64,000 nucleotides of DNA. Source: Minutocellus sp. GHC0000111. Lineage: Eukaryota. Below, piece after piece: positions 35,052 to 45,121 of this stretch (position 1 is its first letter; every line of letters begins with the position of its first letter). The stretch spans positions 806,001-870,000 of the forward strand of contig OZ361261.1 of assembly GCA_977018835.1 (NCBI GenBank), written 5' to 3'. Made by a program: the position numbers and the translations under genes. The notes under the pieces were generated by a model. It ran no database searches, was not told the origin of the DNA, and was given only the letters and a program-made list of their open reading frames with translations.

Positions 35052-35271
35052 GGGGCGTTGCAGCGGCGTATCTTTCAGGTTGGCTGCTTGTGGTGAAGCC
35101 GAAGCTGCATGATACGATTACGAACGTACTCGTACGATTTTGGTACTCGGTTCGTCCGTCGTCCGGTCCACCATTAGCGGCCGGCCCCGGCCCCCGGCCC
35201 GGCCATACTGGTCCTACGAGTAGAGTACAAACCGGCCTCCTGGCCTCCTGGACCCTGCCTGCTGGTATTTC

Positions 35272-36702
35272 ATGCATGGCACAATGAGTGATAAAAATGC
35301 CTCTCTCTCAACGTCGGTGACGCCAAGGAGCGATAGATCAGAGACCTCGCCATCTGTGGAGTCCCTGCAATTGCTGCAGCAAATACTCAAAGATGACAGG
35401 CCACTTTCAGGTCGCAAAGTGATGGTGCCCGTCACGCGCCAGGCATTCATGGAGGGACATTTGCAGCCACCGCCGACCGATGGTGATGCTACCGCAGCGA
35501 CAGAGAGTCAATCTATAAGTGAAGAGAAGGTTCTGGCGAATCTGGGAGGTGGTCAACTGGCTGAGATGTCGCGAGCAGACGCTGCAGCTTTCATTCAGAG
35601 GCGAATAGATGCCGTTACTTCTCAATCGTCAACGGCTTCAAAGATGAGTGCAGCCAAAACCAGCGCAAGCAAGAAGAAACAGCCCAAGAAATCAGCACTG
35701 AAGCCTTCTTCCAAACAATCTGCAAAGCCACAATCGCAACCACAGCCACATACCATCCTGCCATTCTTTGAGATTCGTGAAGAATACGATTCCAGTGGAC
35801 AAGAGGTCAAGGCCGAGGCGGTCAACGTGGCAAATGAGATGAAGGCTCTCAAGGATGCACTGCGGTCTCAAAATACTGGCGCTGGTGGCGATGGAGATGA
35901 TGCAAAGCAAATTCGTGAGCTGATTGAAACCATTGATATCGGCGGGGGCGATGATGGCGGCGATGTGGGTCAGCAACAAGCATCGGGCGATGATGACGCT
36001 GAAGATGAAGCAATGTATGAGGAGGAGTCAGAACAGCAAGAGCCTGTATCAGATGAGCAATACGTTTCGCTATCTGCAAGACTTGATGAGCTTGCAAAGA
36101 TGGAGGAGGATGCCGAAAAGAACAAGAATCAGGGACAAAGCTCGAGACAGCGACTGCAGGGCAAGGCATGGGGCAAGGGCTTTCTGTCGTCCAATGGCGG
36201 TGGTGCTGCTGCCCAAAGTCAAAAACAAAAGACAAAGACGGGCAAAAAGAAGAAGAATGGTGGCTCTGGTGGTTGGAATACTGGCTTTCTCAATGCAGAA
36301 CCAAAGAAGAAGGGTTCGGCCTCTGTAGGGACCAAGGTGGCGACCAGGATTGCGGATGGACCCGAACGCCAACGAAAGGTTGCATTTGGGGCGGATGAGG
36401 TCAAGGAAATTCCGCGCATTGGGAATACATCGATCAAGGCGGTGCAGCAGATGCAAAAGGCGGGTAGATCGCTGCCGCAACCGCCGCAACAACAACCTGT
36501 CGTTGCTCCACAAGAGCAAGAGACGGAACCTATATCCAAGGAAGTATTTTCGGGCGTCGTTAAGGAACGGGGTGCTGCTGCCGGTACCGGTACCTCGGTG
36601 GTAATATCAGAGCAGCCGCCACAGCAGCAGCAGCAGCAACAGCCGAAGAAGAAGCTTTCTCGTTTCGCGCAGCAGCGATTGGAGCAGCGAGGTGGCCTTT
36701 GA
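35272..36702 (+). CDS. URI/Bud27-like unconventional prefoldin (RPB5 interactor)
   Basis: VMVPVTRQAFMEGHL, VLANLGGG..EMS..A..FIQRR, FEIREEYD, C-terminal KKLSRFAQQR. Confidence 0.7.
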   Translation: MHGTMSDKNASLSTSVTPRSDRSETSPSVESLQLLQQILKDDRPLSGRKVMVPVTRQAFMEGHLQPPPTDGDATAATESQSISEEKVLANLGGGQLAEMSRADAAAFIQRRIDAVTSQSSTASKMSAAKTSASKKKQPKKSALKPSSKQSAKPQSQPQPHTILPFFEIREEYDSSGQEVKAEAVNVANEMKALKDALRSQNTGAGGDGDDAKQIRELIETIDIGGGDDGGDVGQQQASGDDDAEDEAMYEEESEQQEPVSDEQYVSLSARLDELAKMEEDAEKNKNQGQSSRQRLQGKAWGKGFLSSNGGGAAAQSQKQKTKTGKKKKNGGSGGWNTGFLNAEPKKKGSASVGTKVATRIADGPERQRKVAFGADEVKEIPRIGNTSIKAVQQMQKAGRSLPQPPQQQPVVAPQEQETEPISKEVFSGVVKERGAAAGTGTSVVISEQPPQQQQQQQPKKKLSRFAQQRLEQRGGL

Positions 36703-36775
36703 TAAATAATATAAATGCAAAGTCAATAAAGGATCAATTTATGTGCTATACTGTACTCCGCTTTCATCCATCTAA

Positions 36776-37441
36776 CTAAAGTAGACTTGAACCGAGCTCC
36801 AAACCCAATGCAAACAAATACAGACCCATAATCGGCTGGCCCTGTCCCTCTTCCAGTACTTGCTTCAAACCAGCATTCAGTTCCACCCTCCTGACCGTCA
36901 CATGCTCTCCATCGTCAAGCTCTGGCTTGGGCGTACCATGATTGTATGGGTTGTTGAGATCCACCTCCACAACTACAACGTGAACTGTCTCGTCGGTCAA
37001 ACCTGGTGACATGTTCACCTGACGGCTGACCTGCGGTACCACACGGCACTTCTCGCCGACGTATCCAGTCTCTTCCCGAAGTTCTCTCAACGCGGCATCC
37101 TCCGGCGTTTCGCCCTCGTCGATGAGACCGGCTGGAAACTCCACGGTGACTTGACCCACCGGGGGTCGGAATTGTTCGACAAGGAGCGTGTCAATTTGTT
37201 GCTTTGGTGCATCGCCGCCGACATTGTGATGCTTCAATAGGGGAATGATGACCACGGCATCGGCCTTATCGGACGATTGCTTGGTGGTTCGAGTCACTAC
37301 ATCCCACTTTCGTGCCGCCCCTTCCTGGTCGGTGTAGTTGATCGTGTTGAGTTGAAGCCACCGAGTGGAGGCCACGGTCTCTGTTGAGTCTATTCGAGGT
37401 ACCGAAGGCTGTTCGGGTGGGTTGTCGGTGCTGCTGCTCAT
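36776..37441 (-). CDS. NUDIX hydrolase, ADP-ribose pyrophosphatase (NUDT5/YSA1-like)
   Basis: QFRPP..VEFPAGLIDEGETPEDAALRELREETGY, MSPGLTDE. Confidence 0.92.
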   Translation of the reverse strand: MSSSTDNPPEQPSVPRIDSTETVASTRWLQLNTINYTDQEGAARKWDVVTRTTKQSSDKADAVVIIPLLKHHNVGGDAPKQQIDTLLVEQFRPPVGQVTVEFPAGLIDEGETPEDAALRELREETGYVGEKCRVVPQVSRQVNMSPGLTDETVHVVVVEVDLNNPYNHGTPKPELDDGEHVTVRRVELNAGLKQVLEEGQGQPIMGLYLFALGLELGSSLL

Positions 37442-37648
37442 CGCGAAGGCAAGGAGGGTCAGAGGTGTTGGTAGGAGCATGAGTTGGATATCGAAAAATG
37501 AGCGCGGATTGCAGGAAATGGTGCAGCAAGGCGACTCGACTCGACTCGACTCACTCGAATAACATGAAGGATCACTCATCTCTCGCTTTTACGGCTCGTA
37601 GAGTTTTTCAGACCCACCTCATTTTGAACTGAGATACAATACCCTTCA

Positions 37649-39551
37649 ATGAAGCTTCTCTCTGCCCTCTCCATCCTTCTGGCGGTACCCTTCATCTCTT
37701 CTACTGCCAGCGGTACCGGTGCGACCAGCCGTAGCCTTGCCGGCGGTCGTGCTGGTCGTCTCGTCAGTGACTCGACAACGACGACGACGACGACGACGAC
37801 AACGGCCATCGACGACGGTGATGACGACGATGATCACACACCCCTCTAAGGTGGCGGTACCAGCCAAACTCTGGTCTCGTCCTCCTCCTCCTCCTCCGAG
37901 GACTATCGCTCCATCCGACCTCACGGCTCCTGGAACGAGAATGGAGACGACGACGACGACGATGCCATCACCGGCGGGTCTGAGCTGGCTACAATCGCAA
38001 CCGTCGTCACCACTCCTACCACCCTCCTTCGCGGAGCTGGTACTGGCGGTGCAGTCAGCGATGGACGCGTCCTCAAGGCCGGCGTTGGCGGCGGCAGCGA
38101 CAAGGTGTGTATGGTGGGCGGGTGGTGAATAGGGATGAGAATGATTTTTCGATTTGATCCAGTGAAAGTTTCGTGTCTCAACTCAATCATATCTAACTAT
38201 CTATCCATCTATCTTTATCCTACGATAGGTCAAGCCAACCCCATCCCTCGCCAGCTCCTCTAAGTCCAGCAAAGTTGCTAACCTGCCTTCGTCCGATTCC
38301 GCCACCACTGTGATATCCGTCAGCAGCACTTTCTCCTCCTCATCCAATGACAGCCCTTCTCCCTCTCATCGAGGAGCTGATGCTACCTTGGCCAAGGTCG
38401 GCGCCAAAACATCCCCTTCGCGCCTCAAGGGCAAATCCCAAAAGGTGGCTACGCTGTCTTCGTCGACATCAACAACCAAATTGGCCAAGTCGTCATTGTC
38501 ATCGTCATCGGTCAGCGCCGACAATATTCGTGGCTCCACCGATGCGTCGGCCTCGCACGCTGCCGCCTTGCCCCAGTACGTCCGTGGCAAGGACGACGAT
38601 GAATCGGCTTCTTCTGCTTCAGTGCGCGTCAAGAGCTCCAAGTCCAGCAAGGTGGCCACTTTGCCGTCCTCTGGATCCGCCACCTCATCCGATACCAGCA
38701 TGACGTCCTCAGATTCGGCCCACAGCCACAGTAGCCGCGGCAGTAGCTATGGAAGTGGCGGACGTGCCTTGCGCCACGATCCTGGTAGGAACAATACCGT
38801 TACTGCTAGTAGCAGCGGCGGCATGCGACCAGGCGGTGGCTCTGGGCTGTCCTTGGACGTCGACGCCTGCGACTGCCTTGAGCTGTGTGACGAAGAATTC
38901 GTTTTGGCGTTCGAGGCAGCAGCAGCTGCGAACAACACGACCTTGGAAGTCGGCAAGGAAAGTGCGTCGGCTAAGAAGGGGGCAGCTTTGGCCACCTCGC
39001 AGACCAGTACTAGTAGCCGCAGCATCAGCAGCGCCTCGTTCACCGAACCTGAAGGGAATGGAAGCAAGAACGAGACCGAGACCATGACGGCCTATTCGCC
39101 TGATGAGTTAGATGATATTTCGAAGAGCAAGGACGGAAAAGGACGTCTCCCCGAGAGAACCAGATCTTCTAGCGGCGCCAGGAAGAAAAGTCAAAGCGCC
39201 GTGCCCGTTGGTGTAGACGGTAGAGATGAGCCTTCGTCATTGAAGAGCAACGGTGACAGGGCTGGCTCCACAACCAAGAGCTCGACATCGTCGACCACCA
39301 CGAGCAGCCGGACCGGCAGTAGCAGCGGCCGGAGCCGCACCAGCAGCAAGTCTGCCAAGGCCGGAAAATCTAGCAAATCCGGCAAGACTGGCAAGGCTGG
39401 CAAGAGTGGCAGGGGGCTGATGCATGAGGAAATCGGCAAGGCAGCCAAGAAGTCCAAAGCTGGCAATTTTGACTGCGAGAGCTTCTGCGGATGCACCATC
39501 GAACCCGACGAAGATCCTGTCGATGATCAGCTCCTCGGAATTCTTGCTTGA
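37649..39551 (+). pseudogene. Silaffin-like secreted Ser/Lys-rich protein with premature TAA (37847-37849); intron 38105-38228
   Basis: Signal peptide; RXL sites (RSL, RVL, RAL, RGL); KXXK arrays (KSAKAGKSSKSGKTGKAGK); frame continues past the TAA to a GT donor and splices in frame. Confidence 0.75.
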
Positions 39552-39610
39552 TTCTTGCGGGATATTAGGCGCAGCACCATAATAAATAGTCAAAATGAAT
39601 ACCCATATCA

Positions 39611-42600
39611 TCACAGAATGATACGAATCCTTTTCTCGTTCTCCCGCCTCTTGTGTCTGGTATCGTATTTCACACACTCGACCTGGAGCAAGCTCTCGTG
39701 TTGGTTTGCTAGAATTCGCATCATGGCGGTTTCTTTTTTGCTTCGGCCTTCCTTGCCCTTGATGTAGGAATTGTAAGATGTCTCGTTCGGCTCGACTCCT
39801 TCCTTGTTCATGGCATAAGCCAATCTCAGAGCAATGTCGGGGCGTCCGGCCTTGCCACAGACGTAGAGCAACCCATTGTACGCTGCGACGAGATTCTTCT
39901 TCCGCTTCTTTGGAAAGGATTCGGAAGATTTCGGTTTCTTTCGATTCTCATGGGCTAGAACTGCCGATCGCATTTCATTCTTCCACGCCAATAGGGCCTT
40001 GTCGACTTGATCTCCGTAGCACCTGATACACGCATTGACAAGGCGGCCGTCAGGGGCAGCCCCAGATGCAAGTGCGTCTCGAAATATGACTACATTGTCT
40101 GGGCTCGTACCGACGTGAAACATTGCAGTCGCAACAAGACAATAGCTCTGCGAATCCGGCGAAGGATATTCTTCGGAGGCTGTCATCTGGTCGAGAATAT
40201 AGCGGCCCGCCTGGGCACAATCCATACCCATGATTTGTGACATGATGTCAGTAGCTTTCCTTGCACTGTCGCTTTTTGTGCCTCCTCTTTTACCTGGCTC
40301 ATCAACGACGCGTTCAAGCCCCAATGCAGCTACCGATGAGAAGACATCAAGCTCATCTGCCCCTCTGTTTCGGCTCCCATTCGACAGTGATCCAAGAAAA
40401 ATGTTCCAGCTTTTCCGCCATCCGCCTTGGCTTTGTATGGAAAGAAATTTGTAGAAGGCCCACGCGGCCGACGACGGATCCCCGACCTTGCCGTAGGCAG
40501 TGATGAAGGCATTGTAAATGATGGGAGTCATTCTGACCTGGAATTCAGTGATAGATCGAGCCCAAAGCTTTGACAGCCCAACCGAATCCTTCTGCAAACC
40601 CACCATTGATGTGACGGTGTAAGCGTCAGGGCAGATGCCTCGAGCAATCATCATATCAAACAGATCGAAGGCACTTTGTCGAGGGTCAACGGAATTTTTT
40701 CGTCCGTTCGCCAGGATATTACTAGTACTGTTCTCATTGATAATATCGTCATCGACCTCGGTGGAATGTTCGGCAAGGTAGCTATTGAAGCGACGGTACC
40801 CTTCGATCATTGTGTTGAAATGAACGGTAAAGGCCGCTAGGCGACGAGATTCTGCTGTCTTGATCTTGCCAATCGGCACAGGCTCCGATTCCGAATCCGC
40901 CGGATTTGATGGCTCCTCGGGAATGAGTGGTAGAACATAGGAATCGAACAATGTCCTAGCGAATTCCAATTCGTTTGCTTTGACCAATGTGGTCAGAAAG
41001 CATCCCAATGCATCAATGTATCGGTCCCGGACGACTCGATTTGTCGCCTCGAGAGACTCAAACTCAGTCAGCAGCTCCAGGACCTTTCCCAACTTCCCGG
41101 CACGAACTAGAGGAACAAGGGCAAGGTCAATGGTGTACACATCCGGTCTGATATTTGGGCTGGACATTATTTGTTCGACAAGTCTCAATGCTTCATTGTC
41201 ATCGGTATTGGTGTTGTCTCCGGTCGTTATCGCCAGACGTAGGCGAGCGTTGTACGTGTAAATGTCGCCTTCGAAGCCATTTCGTTGCATCAACTCCAAC
41301 ACTTGGTCTGCAATTGACGATTGTTTGATTCGTGCCGCACACGCGAGGATGGTATTGTAGGGAACCAAATCTGGATCCGATTTCAGGCAAAACCTTTCCT
41401 TTGCAACTCCAGATTCCAAGAGGTTGACGGCATCCGACAAGAAATCGCTGAACGATCGACTATCGGCGTCGGCCATCTTCCTTTGGCTCTCTGGCACTGT
41501 TGATTGCAACCTCCGTGGTCTTGATGTTTCGTATGCCTCGACTGCTGCATCGCAAAGTGCCGCCACATATGTATTGAATGCAATAATATCGATTCCGCCA
41601 TTCTCACTATCGTCCTTGTTCGATTGATATGCCTCCGTAAGCTTATTCAACAAGGATTCCATGTCTTGTACCCTACCAGACCGCCTCAGTCCATTCAGCA
41701 GCGCCGTGTAAGCCATGTGAGAGGGAATGACAGCACTCTCATTGAGGATGTTTTCAAGTAGTCGCATCGACAATGATAGCAACCCACCCTGAGCTGTGGC
41801 CTTCATTATTCGTTCCTGCACATCCAACGATGTCGTCTCAGCAATATTGAGCGATTCCAACTTGGTACCGGCATCGGCAATGTCCCTCGGCGTTTTCGCT
41901 GTGGTATTGGTATACAAGTTGAAGTAAATTGGAAGGAATGAGCAATATGTCGATGAAAGATGAAAATTTATATATAAAATCCAGCAATGCAACAAGTGTT
42001 TCCAAACATTGAATTGAATTCAAGCTCAACTCACCCCAACACAACTCCCAAAGGGCATCCACCAGTTGCAAATCCTGCTCCTTCCAGTCACATAGAGCAT
42101 CACTCTAATCTTCCAAATGACTGCTGTATTCACTACGATATCCTTTCTCGTTGCAAAGGCACGTCTCTACGCTCTCCACTACCCATTTCAGGCTGGTCCG
42201 TTTGTTGGGTGGTGGTCGGCGCTTGCCATTGCCCTTGGTCGTTCTGGTCCGTCTTTTGTCGATGGATGTATCTCCGCTTAACGAATCTCTTGTATTGCAA
42301 CGATTATCATCAGTTGGTATCTTTGCTTCGCCTTGTCCTTCATCGGTGGACAGTGTCGCCAAATTCAAATGCTGTATGTTGCTGGTTGTGGCCGATGACG
42401 AACGGTATCGGGATGCAACCCACGCTGGCACATGATGTGTTGGTTTAGTGCCAGGATGGTTGTGAAACGGCTGCACCAGAGGCACAAACCCTCCATAACG
42501 CTGACGTCTATACATAGAAACACCATTCCTTGCACCATTGGCACCGCTCGTAAAGGCGTGGCATGTTGATGGCAAACTGGGGCCGCATCCGCTACCGACA

Positions 42601-42716
42601 AGGAGGAGGAGAGCAGCAGCCGAGCTGCTCACGAGAGGACGGCGCGAACGGAGACCACCGCATGATGGTGGATGGCAGGTCGCCATCCCGTCGGCTTGGC
42701 ACCTTGGCCGCTTCAT
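39611..42716 (-). pseudogene. Plastid-targeted PPR protein with in-frame TAG at 42105-42107; intron 41899-42034
   Basis: PPR motifs AYTALLNGL, YNTILACA, FNTMIEGY, YNAFITAYGKVG, YNGLLYVCGKAG; presequence CHAF. Confidence 0.8.
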
Positions 42717-43066
42717 TTGTGCTGCGTGGTATGGTGTGGTCGTCGATTGGCTTTCCCTTTTAGAGCAACGTTGGCAATCTGGATCGTCATCGTTGGCAAG
42801 TCAAGTCCGCGCAACAGGTTCAACATCGTTCAATAGACTCACTCGACTTGAATACCATGGTACTCGACTCACTCGACGAAAAACGGAAGCATGCAAGACG
42901 ATGAAATCGACGATCGACGCGACGACAGCCCATGAAATCGAAAATCTGCGAATCTGCGAATCAGTCAAGCAAAGAAAGTCCAAGGAAGAAGAGCAAGTGG
43001 TCCAAGGCAGGCAAGTTAAGTTACGTTTGGGGCACAAATCTACCATTGGCCGGTAAAGAAAGAAAG

Positions 43067-45025
43067 ATGGCATCCCAACAGCAGTACCCTCCACCCCTCC
43101 TGGTCGTGACGTCGTCCCGTCCACCGCCGCCATCCTCGGCGTCGGCCTCGACCTCGAGCACATCCAGCGGCGCCGTTATCGACCCGCTCACCGGCGCCAT
43201 CCTCCCCAGCATCCGTACCGGCGCCGGCATCGGTCTGTCCAGCCTGCATCGATACCCCACCCACAACAAGTTTGCGTCGACGGCGGTGTCATCCAGTCTG
43301 AGTGGGGTGGATGTGTACTACGGCCACGGCACGGGCGGGGGCGTCGCCACGGGATCGGGACGGAAGGCGTCGGCCAAGGACGAGAACATTTATCTGTTTG
43401 CTCATCGGTCTTATGCCTCGTCGTCGAGTGGGGGAACCGGTAGTGGCGACAAGTCGTCCATGGCTGCCACAGGTCAGAGATGGAGGACCATGCCTCCCGA
43501 ACCCCTCTCGTCCAATGTTTGCGTGAGTCCCTGTGGGACTTTCGTTCTGGCTGGTGCCAAAAGTGGACGGTGCTACGTGTGGAATGCACTGGGCAGCAGT
43601 GGTAGCAGCGGTGGTGGTGGTGCATCATCAAGAGCATCCTCTTCGTCGTCCTCCGCCTCATCTTCTTCGGGTGGAGAGCTGATTCGCATCTGGACGGCGC
43701 ACAACCGTCCCGTCACGTGCATCTCCTTTTCGTCCGATGGATCCCTCGTTCTGACGGCCGGTCAGGATGGCATCGTCAATGCCTTTGCCCTTTTGGATGT
43801 CGTTTCCTCCTCGTCCGATGGTACTACAGATGCCGTCGACAATTCCATCCGACCCGTACGGACTTTTTCGGAACATCATCTACCGATATCATCCCTGATC
43901 GCCCTCCCATCCAACCGAGCGGTCTCGGTCTCCTCCGATCGGCAGGCCATTGTGATAGAGCTGTGTTCTGGTAACACCTTGGCACGCATCGTTCTACCGG
44001 CATCCATCCGTTGCGTCACGTCAGATGAGGCCGGTAGACGATTGTACGCCGGTGGAGATGATGGGGTGGTGTACTGCGTCGACTTGGACGTGGTGGCTGT
44101 GAAGGAGACTGCGGAGAGTGGAACGATTGTTAGCATCGGAGGTGGAGGTGGTGCTTCTTCAGGCGCTTCCAAATCGTCCGCTGCTGCCTCGCTCTCTCTA
44201 TCGGGATCCAAGCTCGGTGAAACGATATTGGGGATGAAAGGTGGTCGTTCGTCTGCGGGCGATTCCAGTGGCAGTGCAGATGGTAGGAACGGCGGTGTCT
44301 CGGAGCTGCGAGGACATTCCAGGGCCATTACTGCTCTTGCTGTGGTCGATGGTGTTGGAGGGAGGGGTATGCTTGTAAGTGGATCGGAAGAGGGATCTTT
44401 GCGTGTTTGGGATCTGCGTACGCGTGCCTGCGCTCGGGTCGTCCAGCCCTGGGGTGGTGGGGCAGGAGATGCTTTCTCCGGCTGTCCTGTTTCATCCATT
44501 CTTGTCGTGCCTTGTGGGAAAAATTACACATCCACCGCGTCAGGACCATTTGGCCTTCGTTCTGCGTCACACTCGCGGGGTCGAGGGGGAGGATCAGGAA
44601 CTGATGCACTTGACCTGTTTCGCCCGCTCCAGCGATTCCCCAATGACAAGCCGATCGGATGTGTCATTCCTATATTGGCATCAAACAAGAACACAGCACT
44701 CGTGCGTCGCTGGGAAGGAGACGAAAATGCTGAAGCACCAACAATACAAGCTCAAAAGAGGCCGAGAACAACCCCAGCATCTAATACCGGCACAATGAGT
44801 CCTGTTGTAGCAGAAAAGCCAGCTCAAGATGAAGACGAGAACGACGGGGATGACGGTTTCCTTGCAATGGACTCTGACGCACCCAGCAAAAATGACAATG
44901 AAGACGAGGAAAAGGCTGCGCTGCGAAAAGAGTTGGAGGAGGCAAGAGCTACGATAGCACGTTGGGAGAAGGTGAACAATAAGCTTGCGAAAAAGCTGGA
45001 GAAAGCAAAGGGAGCTGGAAAATAA
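43067..45025 (+). CDS. WD40 protein, IPI3/WDR18-like pre-rRNA processing factor
   Basis: GELIRIWTAHNRPVTCISFS, FSEHHLPISSL, GHSRAITAL..LRVWD; C-terminal coiled coil ending WEKVNNKL. Confidence 0.8.
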   Translation: MASQQQYPPPLLVVTSSRPPPPSSASASTSSTSSGAVIDPLTGAILPSIRTGAGIGLSSLHRYPTHNKFASTAVSSSLSGVDVYYGHGTGGGVATGSGRKASAKDENIYLFAHRSYASSSSGGTGSGDKSSMAATGQRWRTMPPEPLSSNVCVSPCGTFVLAGAKSGRCYVWNALGSSGSSGGGGASSRASSSSSSASSSSGGELIRIWTAHNRPVTCISFSSDGSLVLTAGQDGIVNAFALLDVVSSSSDGTTDAVDNSIRPVRTFSEHHLPISSLIALPSNRAVSVSSDRQAIVIELCSGNTLARIVLPASIRCVTSDEAGRRLYAGGDDGVVYCVDLDVVAVKETAESGTIVSIGGGGGASSGASKSSAAASLSLSGSKLGETILGMKGGRSSAGDSSGSADGRNGGVSELRGHSRAITALAVVDGVGGRGMLVSGSEEGSLRVWDLRTRACARVVQPWGGGAGDAFSGCPVSSILVVPCGKNYTSTASGPFGLRSASHSRGRGGGSGTDALDLFRPLQRFPNDKPIGCVIPILASNKNTALVRRWEGDENAEAPTIQAQKRPRTTPASNTGTMSPVVAEKPAQDEDENDGDDGFLAMDSDAPSKNDNEDEEKAALRKELEEARATIARWEKVNNKLAKKLEKAKGAGK

Positions 45026-45121
45026 AGGATACGCCTCTGACCGATTTGGTCGGTACCAAGGTCGTACTATTATTATAAAATTTGCAATGCTGAAATCGTT
45101 ATTGATGTGTATATATTGCTT

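Noticed and set aside
21154..42107. Stop-codon reassignment (TAA/TAG as sense) to explain three in-frame stops
   Set aside because: Many intact genes here end in TAA or TAG, internal stops are rare, and frameshifts co-occur; pseudogenisation is simpler.
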